NCBI RefSeq assembly: GCF_009914755.1
Contig: NC_060925.1
Length of the DNA stretch: 64,000 nt
Strand: one strand, 5' to 3'
Origin: the human T2T-CHM13v2.0 reference genome, Homo sapiens
Shown: positions 30,471 to 45,800 of the stretch, in pieces
Layout: the number at the start of each line of letters is the position of its first letter
Position numbering within the stretch: position 1 is the stretch's first letter
Notes under the pieces: generated by a model
Seen by the model: the letters and a program-made list of their open reading frames with translations, nothing else
Database searches by the model: none
What the model was told of the DNA's origin: nothing
Position numbers and translations under genes: made by a program

Positions 30471-30695
30471 CACCAGTGGTTTGCCAGGGGCTCTCAGGCC
30501 TTTGGCCGTAGACTCAAGGCTGCACTGTTGGCTTCTCTACTTTTGAGGCTTTGGGACTCAGACTGGCTTCCTGGCTTCTCAGCTTGCAGATGGCTGGACC
30601 TTGTGATTGTGTGAGTCAATTCTCCTAATAAACTCCCCTTCATATATTAATCTATCCTATTAGTTCTGTCCCTTTAGAGAACCCTGACTAATGCA
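30471..30695 (+). mobile_element. MLT2A-like (HERV-L) LTR, 3' half
   Basis: CACCAGTGGTTTGCCAGGGGCTCTC...CTATTAGTTCTGTCCCTTTAGAGAACCCTGACTAATGCA. Confidence 0.88.
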
Positions 30696-31495
30696 ATAGC
30701 CTATATGAAAACAAAATCAAGAAAACATATTTACAGTAGCATAAAAAATAATTAGGAATAAATTTAACCAAGGGGATGACAGATCTGTACACTGAAAACT
30801 ATAAAACATTGATGAAAGAAATTGAAGAAGGTACAAATAAACAGAAAGATACCTTATGCTCTGAGATAAAAAGAATTAATATTATTAAAATGTACATACT
30901 ACCCAAAGTGTACACATTCAATGTAATCTCTGTCAAAATCCCAATTACATTCTTCACAGAAATAGAAAAAACAATCCAAAAGTTTATATGAAACCATAAA
31001 AGTTTCTGAATAGCCAAAGCAATTCTGAGAAAAAAGAATAAAGTTGGAAACATCACACTTCCTGATTTTAAATTATGTTACAAAATGATAGTAATCGAAA
31101 CAGTTTGGTACTGGTAGAAAAACAGACACATAGACCAGTGGAACAGAATAGAGAGTGAAGACGTAAATTTAAACTTACATAGTTAACTAACTTTTGACAG
31201 GGGCACTACAATGACACAATGGGAAAAAACAGTTTCTTCAATAAATGGTGCTGGAAAAACTGGATTTCTGCATGCAAAGAATGGAACTGGACCTTTATCT
31301 TACACCATACACACAAAATCAACTCAAAATGGATAAGAAATCTGAATGTAAGACCTAAGACCATAAAACTCCTAGAAAAGAACACAGTGAAAAAGCTCCT
31401 TGACATTGGCCTTGTCAGTGACTTATTTCAACATCACACCAGAAAGGCTACAAAAGCAAAGATAAATACATGATACTATTTAAAAATGAAAAGCT

Positions 31496-31630
31496 AACTG
31501 GGCACAGTGGCATGCATCTGTAATTCCAGCTACTTGTGTGGCTGAGGTGGGAGGATCCCTTGAGCCTAGGAGTCTGAGACCAGCCTGGGCTATATAGCAA
31601 GACTCCCATCTCAGTAAATAAATAAATACG
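31496..31630 (+). mobile_element. FLAM-like Alu monomer
   Basis: Monomer with (TAAA)n tail; TSD TAAAAATGAAAAGCT / TAAAATAAAAAGCT. Confidence 0.85.
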
Positions 31631-32237
31631 TAAAATAAAAAGCTTCTGCACAGCAAAGGAAACTATCAACAGAGTGAAGAGACAACCTATGGAATGGAAG
31701 AAAATATTTTCAAGTCATATATCTGATAAGGGTTAATATCTAAAATGTATTTGTTTTGAATTATTTGCTTTCTACTATTGTGTGTGTTTTCAATTAAAAG
31801 TGGGCAAAGGATCTGAATAGACATTTTTGCCAGAGAAGACATAAAAATGGCCAATAGGTATAGAAAAAGATGCTTAACATAATTAATCATCAGGGAAATG
31901 CAAATGAAAACCATTTTGAGATATCTTCTTATACTTGTTAAGTTGACTATTATCAAAAATTCAAGAGAACAAGTGTTGGTGAAGGTGCGAGGAAATCACT
32001 GTAGGAATGTAGATTGGTGCAGCCATTATGAAAAACAATATAGAGGTTCTTACAGAAATTAAAAACAGAGGTACCATATGATCCAACAATCCCTCTTCTC
32101 GGCATGTACTCAAAGGAAATAAAGGCACCTCCTCAAAAATAAATGTGTGCTTCCATGTTCATTGCAGCATTATTCATAATAGCCAAGATAGGGAAACCTA
32201 AGTGTCTGTCAGTGGACAAATAGATAAACAAATATAT

Positions 32238-32239
<2 letters not shown>

Positions 32240-32272
<33 letters not shown>
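32240..32272. repeat. (CA)16 microsatellite
   Basis: Direct reading of ACACAC... run. Confidence 0.95.
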
Positions 32273-32274
<2 letters not shown>

Positions 32275-32996
32275 GAATATTATTCATCCTTAAAAAGAAA
32301 AAGATCCTGCCATTAGCTATAACATGGATAAACCTGGAAGACATTATTCTAGTGGAAATAAGCCAGGCACAGAAAGAAAAAAATGTTGCATGATCTCACT
32401 TACATGTGGAGTCTGTTTTTAGAAGTCAAATATACAAAGATAGGGAGTAAAAGAGTAATTACCAGGGGCACGGTTGGGGGTAGAGAGGAAATGCAGAAAT
32501 TAGGTCAGAGGATGCAAAGTAGCATATATGTGGGATGAACAAGTCTAGAGATCTAATAAACAACATAAGGGCTATAGTTACTAAAAATTGTACTGTATTT
32601 AGGATTATTGCTAAATAAGTAGATTTCAGCTGTTCTTGCCACAAAAACAAAACCAGAAAAAGTGGTATGGATTTTTTTGATGATGGATATGTTAATTTGC
32701 TTCACTATAGTAATCATTATACTATCTATATATCATCCCATATAGCATGCTGTATATCTTAAATATACACAATAAATATTTTTTAAAAACAGTACTGCTA
32801 TACACAGTAACATGTAAGAATTGTAGATGCTGAGGGAAAAAAACATTAAGTATAAAAAGTACATATTGTACTATTTTATTTATATAAATCTCGAACATGA
32901 AACTATTGTGTTTCGGGATGCATATTTAGGTAGTAAAACTTTAAAACATAGCGAGGAAATAATTACACAAACTGTCAAAACAGTGGTTGCCTTTAG

Positions 32997-33301
<305 letters not shown>

Positions 33302-34194
33302 TAGGAAAAGATATTCCATAAAAAAACACACAAGCACACACTCACACCATGAAGCAAATAATAATTTGGGATAAGACCACTGAAGGCAGAAAAATGGTCT
33401 ATAAAAAGGTCCTAAAGCTTAAAGTAATATAGTGCATTTAAGAACATATAGGATGCCAGTTTGGTTGAAGTCTAATGAGCCAAAGAGCATAGGTATGATG
33501 CATCTGGTGAGGGACTTACAGTGGAGTCATATTGTGGAGATTTGAGACTCTATCCTAATAATCAGAAGTCATAGACAGTTCTTCATCAGAGAATATTTTT
33601 GTTTTCTGACTACCAAACAAAGAATTGCAGTGAACAAGAGTTTAAGTGGAGACACTAGCTAGGAACCTGCTGTAATGCCCAAGGCTAGTGTCTTGTACTA
33701 AAGTAATAACCCAGGTGGGAGAAAGGAGCTTTTTTTATAAGATATTTTGGATGTAAAACTGAAAGGACTTAATGGTAAGAGTAAGGGAGTCCTCAATTAA
33801 TTATTTCTAGAGAATGTCGTAAGAGGGAGAGAGGTATGGCCCTTCTTTTGAAGGACTCTATTGTTTTCACTTCTCCCAGGAGAAATATATTTATTCTTTC
33901 TCTCTATGCAAGACATTTGCCCAAATTCAAAAGAACCAAATGCTTGAATCAACAGGAAATCTAGTACATGCTCCCAAGACAAATATGAATACAGACTCAA
34001 CGGACAAGCACACATGGAACTGGGGTTGGATGGACGTTTAGAGAGAGAAAAATACCTTCATAATAAGCTAAATGAAAGTTGCACTGCAATAAACATGCAG
34101 ATTGTGTATAATCATATTTTGGTTAAACAAATCCAGTGATTGAAAGCAGGCTCTAGAGTTTTGAGAAAGAACTATTTCTACTTTTCCTTCTACC

Positions 34195-34487
<293 letters not shown>

Positions 34488-35714
34488 TAAAGCTAGGGAT
34501 GACACTTACGTTCCAGGGAAGATTACGAAAAAATGTAGGTGGAGTAATTGACAAGAAACCATCGGTTTCCAGAAACAAATAGATTAGTCTTCAATGAAAA
34601 TAAAGTTTATAAAATCCTTTTGTGTTTGTCAGTTTGTGTACTCATATTCATAAGATTGAAATCCGATTTTTAAAGAAATTTTATAATCCCACAAGACTTT
34701 CCAACAGCAACCAATATTATAATCTCTTTAATAAATACAAATTCCCAAATTATACAACATTAAACGGGCTTGGGACTTCAGTTGGTCCAGATTAAAGAGA
34801 ACTCTCATTCTCTGATTTAGATGGGGTTACTTTTTCTCTGCCTGTTGGCTATGCACAGGGAAGTACAAGGCTTTAATCACTGCTGCAGCCATCACAGCAG
34901 CCTGTGAAGAAAGCCAGTCTAAACATGACATTGATACTGTGGCAAGTAGAATTATGGGCAAAATTCCTACGGGTCTTTGATGCCCTCATAGAACCACTGA
35001 CCACTGAATCAGACCACTGAATCAGATTGAACAGTATTATCTTAGTTTTGTAAGAATATATGTGGTGTATGTATGAATGTGTGTGTGCACACTAACAGAG
35101 GGAAAAGAATAGAGTGAGAGTGAGAGAGAGTAGGATATGAAAGGATATACATCAAAATATTAATTGTGCTTATCATTAGGTGATGGGATGTGGTAATCTT
35201 ATTTTCTACTTTAGAGAGGGCTTTTAAAAAGCATAGTCTCTAATTTCAGTCAATCTATAACGTCATAAGTCAATTTTTTATTTGCAAAAAGGTTGGAGTG
35301 AAACTTTGTGTTGCACAGGTCAATCCAGTGCTGAAGTTCTGAATTCCTCTAGCTTCAGTCCTGACTTTCTACTGTCACCTAATTTTGCATAACACAATTA
35401 TCAATAATGAAAATAATAATCCACATTTGTATTGCTTTATAGTTTACAAAGCTTTTCATCTGTATTATTATTTCCTTTCCCCATTGAGAAAACAAAGACT
35501 CCTAAATATTTAATGACTTGATAAAATTTACACGGTGAAGCTTAACTGTATACACAGCATGAGTGTATCAGAATTTTAGCTCCTATAGACAACTACGTAT
35601 GTCTTCATGCTTTTCTTTAATCCATACTTTTCTATTTGGGGGATATGCTTTTTGATATTTCTTTGTATATAAGAATCCCTCAGTGAAAATAGAACCATCA
35701 TACCTGTTCAATGA

Positions 35715-35990
35715 ATCCTCAGTGTGTTCATTCATTTACATCTTAATTTAGCAAATGTACAATGAGCCCCTGCTGTGTGTTCGGCACTGTGCTAGGTATC
35801 GGAGATAGCATGATGGTGAAGAAGATCCAATCCCTGCCTAAAAGTTGCTCAAGATCTAATTGGGTAGATGGACTTTTAAATAGATTTATAAAGCTGTGTG
35901 GAAGGGTAATAACAGGAATATGTACATGGTGTTTGATTTTCTTTTGAACCAGACACATAGCAGATACTCAAAAAATGTTTGTTTTGAATG
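35715..35990. mobile_element. L2 fragments
   Basis: TTCATTCATTT...GAGCCCCTGCTGTGTGTTCGGCACTGTGCTAGG; CACATAGCAGATACTCAAAAAATGTTTG. Confidence 0.65.
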
Positions 35991-36349
35991 CTGTAGTTTG
36001 ATGTGCTTGATTACTGGTACTGATTTTGAATGAGGTTGATTTCTGTTTGTGAGGATGGTAGTCTTGATTGCTATTATCTAGTTGCTCAGTGTTATGTTAT
36101 GAATAGGATGCGTAAACACCCTATTCAGAATATCTTTTATGTAGTTTGTTCACCTATGTTCTCAAAAAATTATCTGCTTTCTCTCCAGTCTTTCAACTTG
36201 AGCAGATAACTTTTCAAAATTATCTCCCAATGTTAATAAACCCTATTGGGAAGAAGAATAAAAGCAAGAATGACTCATGATTGAGAAGGCAAATTAACAG
36301 TTGGAACTACTTCGTAGGATACTCAGAATAAAAGACAAAATTAAACAGC

Positions 36350-37320
36350 TGAACTAGTTGCTTTGCTGTATTAAATTCAAGTCCCCTAGCAGCCATTCTC
36401 CCATTCTTCCAAGTAGTAACAGAACCTTTCCCCCCCAAAAAAAATTTTCCAGGGAATATGGCTAACAAGTTAGAGATGACATTTTCCAGCCCTCCTTGCA
36501 TTGCGTTCACACCCATGTGAATACAGTGTGGTGTGTAAGCTCAGTGTGTGTGCGATTTCCATGTGGAATATTTAAAAGGACACTGCTTGCCTTCCGCTTT
36601 CTCCTTTCCTCACTTCTTTTTGGATGGTGTGTACGTATGCTTCTGTTGAGCTATTTCCAGTCATGTGGTTGAGGACAACGCTCCAGGGAGTATGTAGAAT
36701 AACACAGAGGGAACATCAGGGACCAATGCCAGCTACAAAGCTTGGACCATGTACCTGCCTCTGTTGTGGTAGATAAAGATGAAGTTCTACCTTGTTACAA
36801 TCACTGTATTTGGGAATCTTTTTACTATAGGAGCTTAGCCTGTATGCAAACTCATACAAGTGCCTTGTTTGCTTCAGGGAAGCACATGAGACTTCTGGAG
36901 AAACAAAGGATAATAGACATGGGATACAAACAGATTGATGCCTTTATGGACAGATGTTACAGCTCACTTAACACATAATTCCAATAACATTTTATCTTGC
37001 TTTCCTCTGATAAGGGCTGAAATATTAAAAACTTCTCTTTCTAGACTCCATGGCAGCTAGTATGATCATGTGACCCAGTTCTATCCAATGTATCATATGT
37101 GAAAATTGGATGAGGATTTCTGGTAAAACCTTGCTTTCCTGATATTATCCCCTCCTCCTCCTTCTCTTTTCCAATTTCCTTCTTTCAAGAACATAAATAT
37201 GAGGATTTAAAGTAGAATATTCTTGTAATCTTGAAGGAAAAGTAGAGATCGTAGAGATCTCAGTCCTACCATGTTAGGCCATTGAACCTATGCCAGCAAC
37301 TACTTAACTAAACATATTTT
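36350..37320. mobile_element. Old ERVL-class LTR fragments (LTR33/LTR16-like)
   Basis: Motifs ACATTTTCCAGCCCTCCTTGCA, GGCAGCTAGTATGATCATGTGACCCAGTTCT. Confidence 0.5.
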
Positions 37321-37330
37321 GGTATATGAT

Positions 37331-37571
<241 letters not shown>

Positions 37572-37674
37572 TCATAACTAAAAATTGTTACTGATCGATT
37601 TATGAGAGAGCAAAGAGAAGGAAACCCTCATGGAGGAAAAAGAGACAAGATAAACTTCCCTCAATATTTTTCTG

Positions 37675-38110
37675 CTTATTGGTTATCTGTTGCCACAAAT
37701 GTGTCAAAAGTGTACTGTAAAAGAAATAACAATAAAGCCTTGGTGACATTAAATAGGAAACATTTATTGCTCATACGTCTGGAGCCTATTGGAAGTTGGT
37801 TAGGTGACTCTGCTAATCTTGGTTTGGCTCGCTCACATGTCCAAGGGTAAGCTGTCTGTTAGCTGATCTAGGATGCTTTATATGAGCTAGCAGATGAATC
37901 ATTTCTGCTCCACCTGTTTCTCAACCTTCAGCATAATTGTCCTGAGATGTTCTCATGTTGATGGCAGAGATAAAACAGCAAGGACAAATCCAATTACTTA
38001 AGCACTTGTCAAGTCTCTGCTTGTATTATGTTTGCTAACAACTCATGAGCCCAAGCAAATCACATGGCGAGGCACAGATTCAAGGGGTTCAATAAAGAGT
38101 CAGGACACAA
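37675..38110 (-). mobile_element. MLT1 (MaLR) LTR, old subfamily
   Basis: AAACATTTATTGCTCA...CTCTGCTAATCTTGGTTTGGCTCGCTCACATGTC. Confidence 0.6.
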
Positions 38111-38134
38111 AATATATCACTGTGTTGGGTAAAG

Positions 38135-38200
38135 CTTCCTCCTTTCTTCCTTCCTTCCTTCCTTTATTCCTTCCCTCCTTTCCCAAAGTTTCTTTCTTTT
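38135..38200. repeat. (TTCC)n-like low-complexity tract
   Basis: Pyrimidine-rich repeat adjoining the L1 poly(T). Confidence 0.85.
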
Positions 38201-40211
38201 TTTTTCAACTTTTATTTTAGGTTCAGGGGGTACATGTGCAGGTTTGTTACATGGGTAAATTGTGTATCACTATGGTTTAGTGTACAAATGATTTCGTCAC
38301 TCAGGTAGTGAGCATAGTACCTGATAGGTAGTTTTTTGACCCTCACCCTCCTCCAACCCTCCTCTTACAAGTAGGCCCCAGTGTCTTTTGTTCCCATCTT
38401 TATGCTCATGTATACTCAATGTTTAGCTCCCACTTATAAGTGAGAACATGTGGTGTGTGGTTTTCTAATCTTGCATTACTTTGCTAGGATAAAGTCCTCT
38501 AGCTCCATCCATGTTGCTGCAAATCACATGATTTTATTCTTTTCATGGTTGTGTAGCAAACCATGGTGTATGTGTACCATTTTCTTTATCCAGTTACCAC
38601 TGTTGGGCACCTAGATTGATTCCATGTCTTTGCTATTGTGAATAGTGCTTCAATGAATGTACAGATGCACGTGTCTTTTTGATAGAATGGTTTATATTCA
38701 TTTGGTTATTCACCCAGTAATGAGATTGCTGGGTCAAATGGTAGCTTGGTTTTAAGTTCTTGGAGAAATCTCCAAACTGCTTTCCCCAGTGGAAACTAAT
38801 TTATATTCCCACTGGGAGTGTATGTATTCCTCTTTCTCCACAACCTCACCAACATCTGTTATTTTTTGACTTTTTACTAATAGCTATTCTGACTGGTGTA
38901 AGATGATATCTCACTGTGGTTTTGATTTGCATTTCTCTAATGATTAGTGATGTTGAATATTTTTTAACATGCTTATTGGCTACATGTATGTCTTCTTTTG
39001 AGAAATGTCTATTCATGTCATTTGCCCATTTTTAATGGGGTCGTTTGTGTTGTGTTTGTTAATTTGTTTAAATTGCTTATAGATTCTGGATGTTATAACT
39101 TTGTCAGATGCATAGTTTATGAATATTTACTCCAATTCTGTAGGTTGATAGTTTCTTTTGCTGTGCAGAAGCTGTTTAGTTTAATTAGGTTCCACTTGTC
39201 TATTTTTGTTTTGTTGCAATTTCTTTTGGAGACTCCATCATGAAATCTTTGCCAAGGCCTATATCCTAAATGGTATTCCCTAGGTTTTTTTTAAAGAGAT
39301 TTTTATAGCTTTAGGTCTTAAATTTAAGTCTTTAATTTATCTTGATTTAATTTTTGTATATGGTATAAGGAAGGGGTCTAGGTTCAATCTTCTGCACATG
39401 GTTAGCTAGGTAGCCCAGCACCTTTTATTGAATAGGGAGTCCTTTCCCCATTGCTTGTTATTGTTGACTTTGTCAAAGATCAGGTGGTTGTAGGTGTGTG
39501 GCTTTATTTCTAGGCTTTCTATTCTGTTCCATTGGTCTCTGTGTCTGTTTTTGTACCAGTACCACACTGTTTTGGTTACTATAGCCTTGTGGTATGGTTT
39601 GAAGTTGGGGAATGTGATTCATCCAGTTTGTTCTTTTTGCTTAGGATTGCTTTGGCTATTGGGGCTATTTTGGGGTTCCTTGTGAATTTTAGAATAGTTT
39701 TTTTTTTTTTAATCTGTGAAAAATGATATTGGTAATTTGATATGAATAACATTGTAAATTACTGTATGTAGTACAGCCATTTTAATAATATTGATTCTTC
39801 TAATCCATGACCATGAAATGTTTTTCCATTTGTTTGTTTCATCTCTGATTATATTCAGCAGTGTTTTGTCATTCTGTTGTAGAGATCTTTCACTTCCCTG
39901 GTTGGCTGTATTCCTAGATATTTTATTCTTTTTGTGGCTAGTGTGAATGAGATTGTGTTCTTAATTTGGCTTTCAGTGTGGATATTGTTGGTGTATAGAA
40001 ATGCTGATGATTTTTTACATTGATTTTGTATCCTGAAACTTTACTGAAGTTGTTTATCAGTACTTGGAGCCTTTGGCAAAGACTATGGAATTTTCTAGGT
40101 GTAGAATCAAACCATCTGGAAAGCAAGGTAATTTGACTTTCTCCCTTCCTATTTGAATGCCTTTTATTCATTTCTCTTGCCTAATTGCTTTGGCTAGGAC
40201 TTTCAGTACTA

Positions 40212-40504
40212 TTTTTTTTTTTTTGAGACGAAGTCTCACTCTTGTCCCCCAGGATGGAGTGCAATGGCAATCTTGGCTTACTGTAACCTCTGCCTCCTGG
40301 GTTCAAGCAATTCTCCTGCCTCAGCCTCCCGAGTAGCTGGGATTATAGGTACCTGCCACCACACCCAGCTAATTTCTGTATTTTTAGTAGAGATGAGGTT
40401 TCACGATGTTGGCCAGGCTGGTCTTGAACTCCTGACCCCAGGTGATCTGCCCACCTCAGCCTCCCAAAGTGCTGGGATTACAGGCATGAGCCACCATGTC
40501 CAGT
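40212..40504 (-). mobile_element. AluSq/Sp-like element
   Basis: Full dimer; perfect TSD CTTTCAGTACTATTT at 40200-40214 and 40505-40519. Confidence 0.94.
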
Positions 40505-41723
40505 CTTTCAGTACTATTTGAATAGGAGTGGTGAGAGTGGGTATCCTTGTCTTGTTGCAGTTCTCCAGGGGAATGCTTCCAGCTTTTGCCCATTCAGTAT
40601 GATGTTCATTGTGCATCTGCCATAGAAGGCTCTTATTATTTTCAGATATGTTCCTTCAATGCCTAGTTTGTTGAGAGTTTTCAACATGAAGCAATGGTGA
40701 ATTTTATCCAAAACCTTTCTGCATCTATTGAGGTAATCATGTGGATTTTTATTTTTAGTTCTCTTTATGTGATGAATCACATTTCTTGATTTGCATATGT
40801 TGAACCAACTTTGCATCTCAAGAATAAAGCCTACTTGATCATGGCGAATTAGCTATTTGATGTGCTGCTGGATTTGGTTTGCTAGTATTTTGTTGAGGAT
40901 TTTTGTGTATATTGGTCTGAAGCTTTGAGGATATTTGAGGATATTGGTCTGAAGCTTTCTTTTTTTCAATGTGTCTTTGCCAGGTTGTGGTATCAGAATG
41001 AATTAGGAAGGAGTCTCTCCTCCTTGATTTTTTCAGACCAATTTTAGTGAGATTGGTGCCAACTCTTCTTTGTACATCTGGTAGAATTTTGCTATGAATC
41101 CATCTGTTCTAGGGCTTTTTCTGGTTGATAGGGTTTTTTTTTCTTTTTACATTACTGTTCAATTTTGGAACTCATTAATTGGTCTGTTCAGGATTTCAGT
41201 TTTTTTCTGGTTCAATCTTGGGAGGTTGTATGTTTCCAGGAATTCATCCATTTCTTCTGGGATTTCTAGTTTGTATACATAGAGGTGTTCATAATAGTCT
41301 CTGAGGATTTTTTGTATTTCTGTGGGGCTGAGGCTTATGTCACCTTTGTCATTTCTGATTGTGTTTATTGGGATCTTCTCTCTTTTTCTCTTTTTTCTTT
41401 GTTAATCTAGCTAGTGATTTATCAATTTTGTTCATCTTTTGATGAACTGAATTTTGTTTTTGTTCATCTTTTGCATGCTCAGTTTTGTTCAGTTCAGCTC
41501 TGATTTTGGTTATTTATTTTCTTCTGCTGGTCTGAGGATTGGTTTGCACTTTTTCCCCCAGTTCCTCTAGATGTGATATTATGTTGTTAATTTGAGATCT
41601 TTCTAATTTCTTGATGTAGGTGTTTAATGTTCCTATTAACACTGCTTTAGCTGTGTCCCGGAGATTCTGTTATATCTTCGTTTTTACTCATTTCAAATTT
41701 TTTTTGTTTTTGCCTTAATTTCT

Positions 41724-42820
<1,097 letters not shown>

Positions 42821-45800
42821 TCAAAAGTCATTCAGGAGCAGGTTGTTTAATTTCCATGTAATTGTCTGGTTTTGAGAGATCATCTTGATATTGATTTCTA
42901 TTTGATTGTGTGGTGATTCAAGAGTGTGATTAGTATGATTTTGTTTTTTTAAATTTTTTTCAGAATTGCTTTAAGGCCAAGTGTGTGGTTGATCATAGAG
43001 TATGTGCTGCATGCAGATGAAAAGAATGGATATTCTGTTGTTGTTGAGTGGGGTATTCTGTAAACTTCTCTATGTTCATTTGGTCAAATGTTGAGTTTGG
43101 GTTCTGGATATTACTGTTACTTTTCTGCCTCAATGATCTGTCTAACACTGTCAGTGGAGTGTTGATGTCTCCCACTATTATTGTGTGGTTATCTAAATCT
43201 CTTCATAGGTCTCTAAGAACTTGTTTTATGAATCTACGTACTCCAATGTTGGGTACATACATATTTAGAAGAGTTAAGTCTTATTGTTTAATTAAATGCT
43301 TTATCATTATATGATGTCCTTCTTTGTCATTACTGATCATAGTTTGTGTAAAATCTCTTTTGTCTGATATAAGCATAGGAACTCCTGCTCTTTTTTGTTT
43401 TCTGTTTCCTTGATAGATCTTTCTCCATCCTTTCATTTTGAGCCTATGGGTGTCATTGCATATGAGATGCATCTCTTGAAGACAGCATATAGTTAGGTCT
43501 TGCTTCTTTATCAAACTTACTGCTCTATGCCTTTTCAGTGGGGGTGTTTAGTCCATTTACATTAAAGATCAGTATTGATTTGTGAGGATCTGATCCTATC
43601 ACTATGTTGTTAGCTGGTTGTTATGTATACCTGATTATACAGTTGCTTTATAGTGTCGGTGGGCTATGTACTTAGTGGGCTATGTACAAAAGCATGATGT
43701 GCTTTGTGGGAGCAGGTATGGATCAGGCAAGTTTACCACTCCCTTAAGGACCTCTTGTAAAGTAGGTCTGGTGGTAATGAATTCTTTTAGCATTTCCTTG
43801 CCTGAAAAGGATTTTATTTCTCCTTTGCATATGAAGTTGAGTTTGGCTGAATATCAAATTCTTGGTTGAAATTTCTTTTCTTTCAGGATGCTGAATATAG
43901 GCCCCCAATCTCTTCTGGCTTGTAAGGTTTCTGCTGACAGTTTCACTGTTAGCCCGATGGGGTTCCCTTTGTAAACGACTTTCTCCTTCTCTTTAGCTTC
44001 CTTTAAGGTTTTTTCTTTCACATTGACCTTTGGGAATGTGATTACTATGTGTCTTGGGGATGGTCACCTTGTAGAGTATCTTGCAGGAGTCCTCTGAATT
44101 TTCTAAATTTACATGTTGGCCTCTCTAGCAAGGTTGGGGAAATTTTCATGGACAATAACCTCAAATATGTTTTCCAAGTTAATTGCTGTCTCTCCATCTC
44201 TTTCAGGAATGCCAATGAGACATCTGTTTGATCTCTTGACATAATCCCATATTTCTCAGAGGTTTTGCTCATTTTTTAAAATTATTTTTTATTTATATTT
44301 GTCTGCCTGTCTTAATTTGAAGGAGCAGTCTTCAAGCTCTGAGATTCTTTCCTCAGCTTGCTCTATTCTGTTATTAATGGTTCAAATTACATTATGAAAT
44401 TCCTATAGTTAATTTTTCACTTCCAGAAGTTCTATTTGGTTTTTTCTTGAAATGGCTTTGTCACATTTCAACTCTTTGGTTGTTTACTGCTGTCCTTATA
44501 TTGGTTTAAGCCTCTTCCTATATCTTGTTGAACTGCCTTGTCCTCTAGATTCTGAATTCTATATCTATTATGTCAGCCACTTCAATCTGGTTAAGAAGCA
44601 TTGCTCAGGAGCTAGCATGGGCATTTGGAGATAAATAGACACTCTGGGTGTTAGAATTGCCAGAGTTCTTGTGCTGGTTCTTTCTCATCTGTGTGGTTTG
44701 AAGTTCCTCCAATCTTTAAAGTTACTGTCCTTTGGATGGGGCTTTTTGCTTTTTTTTTTTTTTTGTATGTCTTTGAGGGTTTGATTGTTGTACATGTTGA
44801 ATACCATCAATTGGCCTCATTTCTGGATTCTTTCAGGGGGCCACAGCTCAGCTCAGCACTCCTGGGCTATATATTCTAACACTGGAGAGCTGGAATCCAG
44901 CCCACAACTTCATTCTCTGTCCACTCAAGGTCCAGCACCTGCTGCACTGGAGGGGGCACGGTGTTCACAGACTACTGGGAACAACACTCTGATGGGTGCT
45001 GTTGGCAAAAGTGCTGCAGCAGGGGGGCTGGAGGGCCACAGGATACTGTGCTGTGGTGGGGTGGGGGGTGCAAGTGAGTGTGCCCTACTGGGGTGGTGTG
45101 GGGGATGCCAGCAGGTATGTATCAACAGGGCAGTGGGGGTGCTGCAGGTGAGTGCACACTGGTGGGGTAGCAGTGGGTCCTGGTACATATCCTCTGGCAA
45201 GGCAGCAAGGCGGGTGGGGGCAGTAATGCAGGCAGGTACGCCCATGGAGGAAGGCTGCAGGTGGATGTATGGCAGCGGATGTCCATCTGCAAATTCTCTG
45301 GGACAGAAAGGCAGGGGCTACTGGTGAAAGAGCTATGGTGGTGACCGCTGGTAAGCATTTCAGCAGGGCAGCTATGGCTGCACTGTAAGTGTGTCCTGTC
45401 ATGCCAGGATGATGGGAAAGCCTGGCAGACTGGGGCATTTACGTCAGACTGGCCCCAGTCTGTGGTCAGGACAGCCCTGCTGTCTTCAGGTCTGGCTGCT
45501 AACAAAGGCTAAATCCACCTACAAGAGCATGGCGAGCCTTGGGGGATGGGCGTCCATGGCCATGCCACACTACAGCCCTTCCCATGCCAAATGCTTGGGC
45601 TCCACTCAGACTGAAGTTCTGTCTCTTCCAACTTCCCAGGAAGTTTTCTTTGCCAACCCAAATATCCATGAGGGTCATGGGGTCTCCTGCAGCTAGAAAC
45701 ACTGAGGTCCATGGTGAAAGTAGGTCACTCCATGCCTATTTCATTCACCCCTTCCCTAAGTGCGGCTTGGGGCTAAAAACGAGTGCTGGTGGTCAGCAAC

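Noticed and set aside
44785-45505. Overlapping 106-180 aa ORFs in the L1 5' UTR as ORF0-like proteins
   Set aside because: Low-complexity GC-rich repeats lack stops by composition, and I see no similarity to ORF0.
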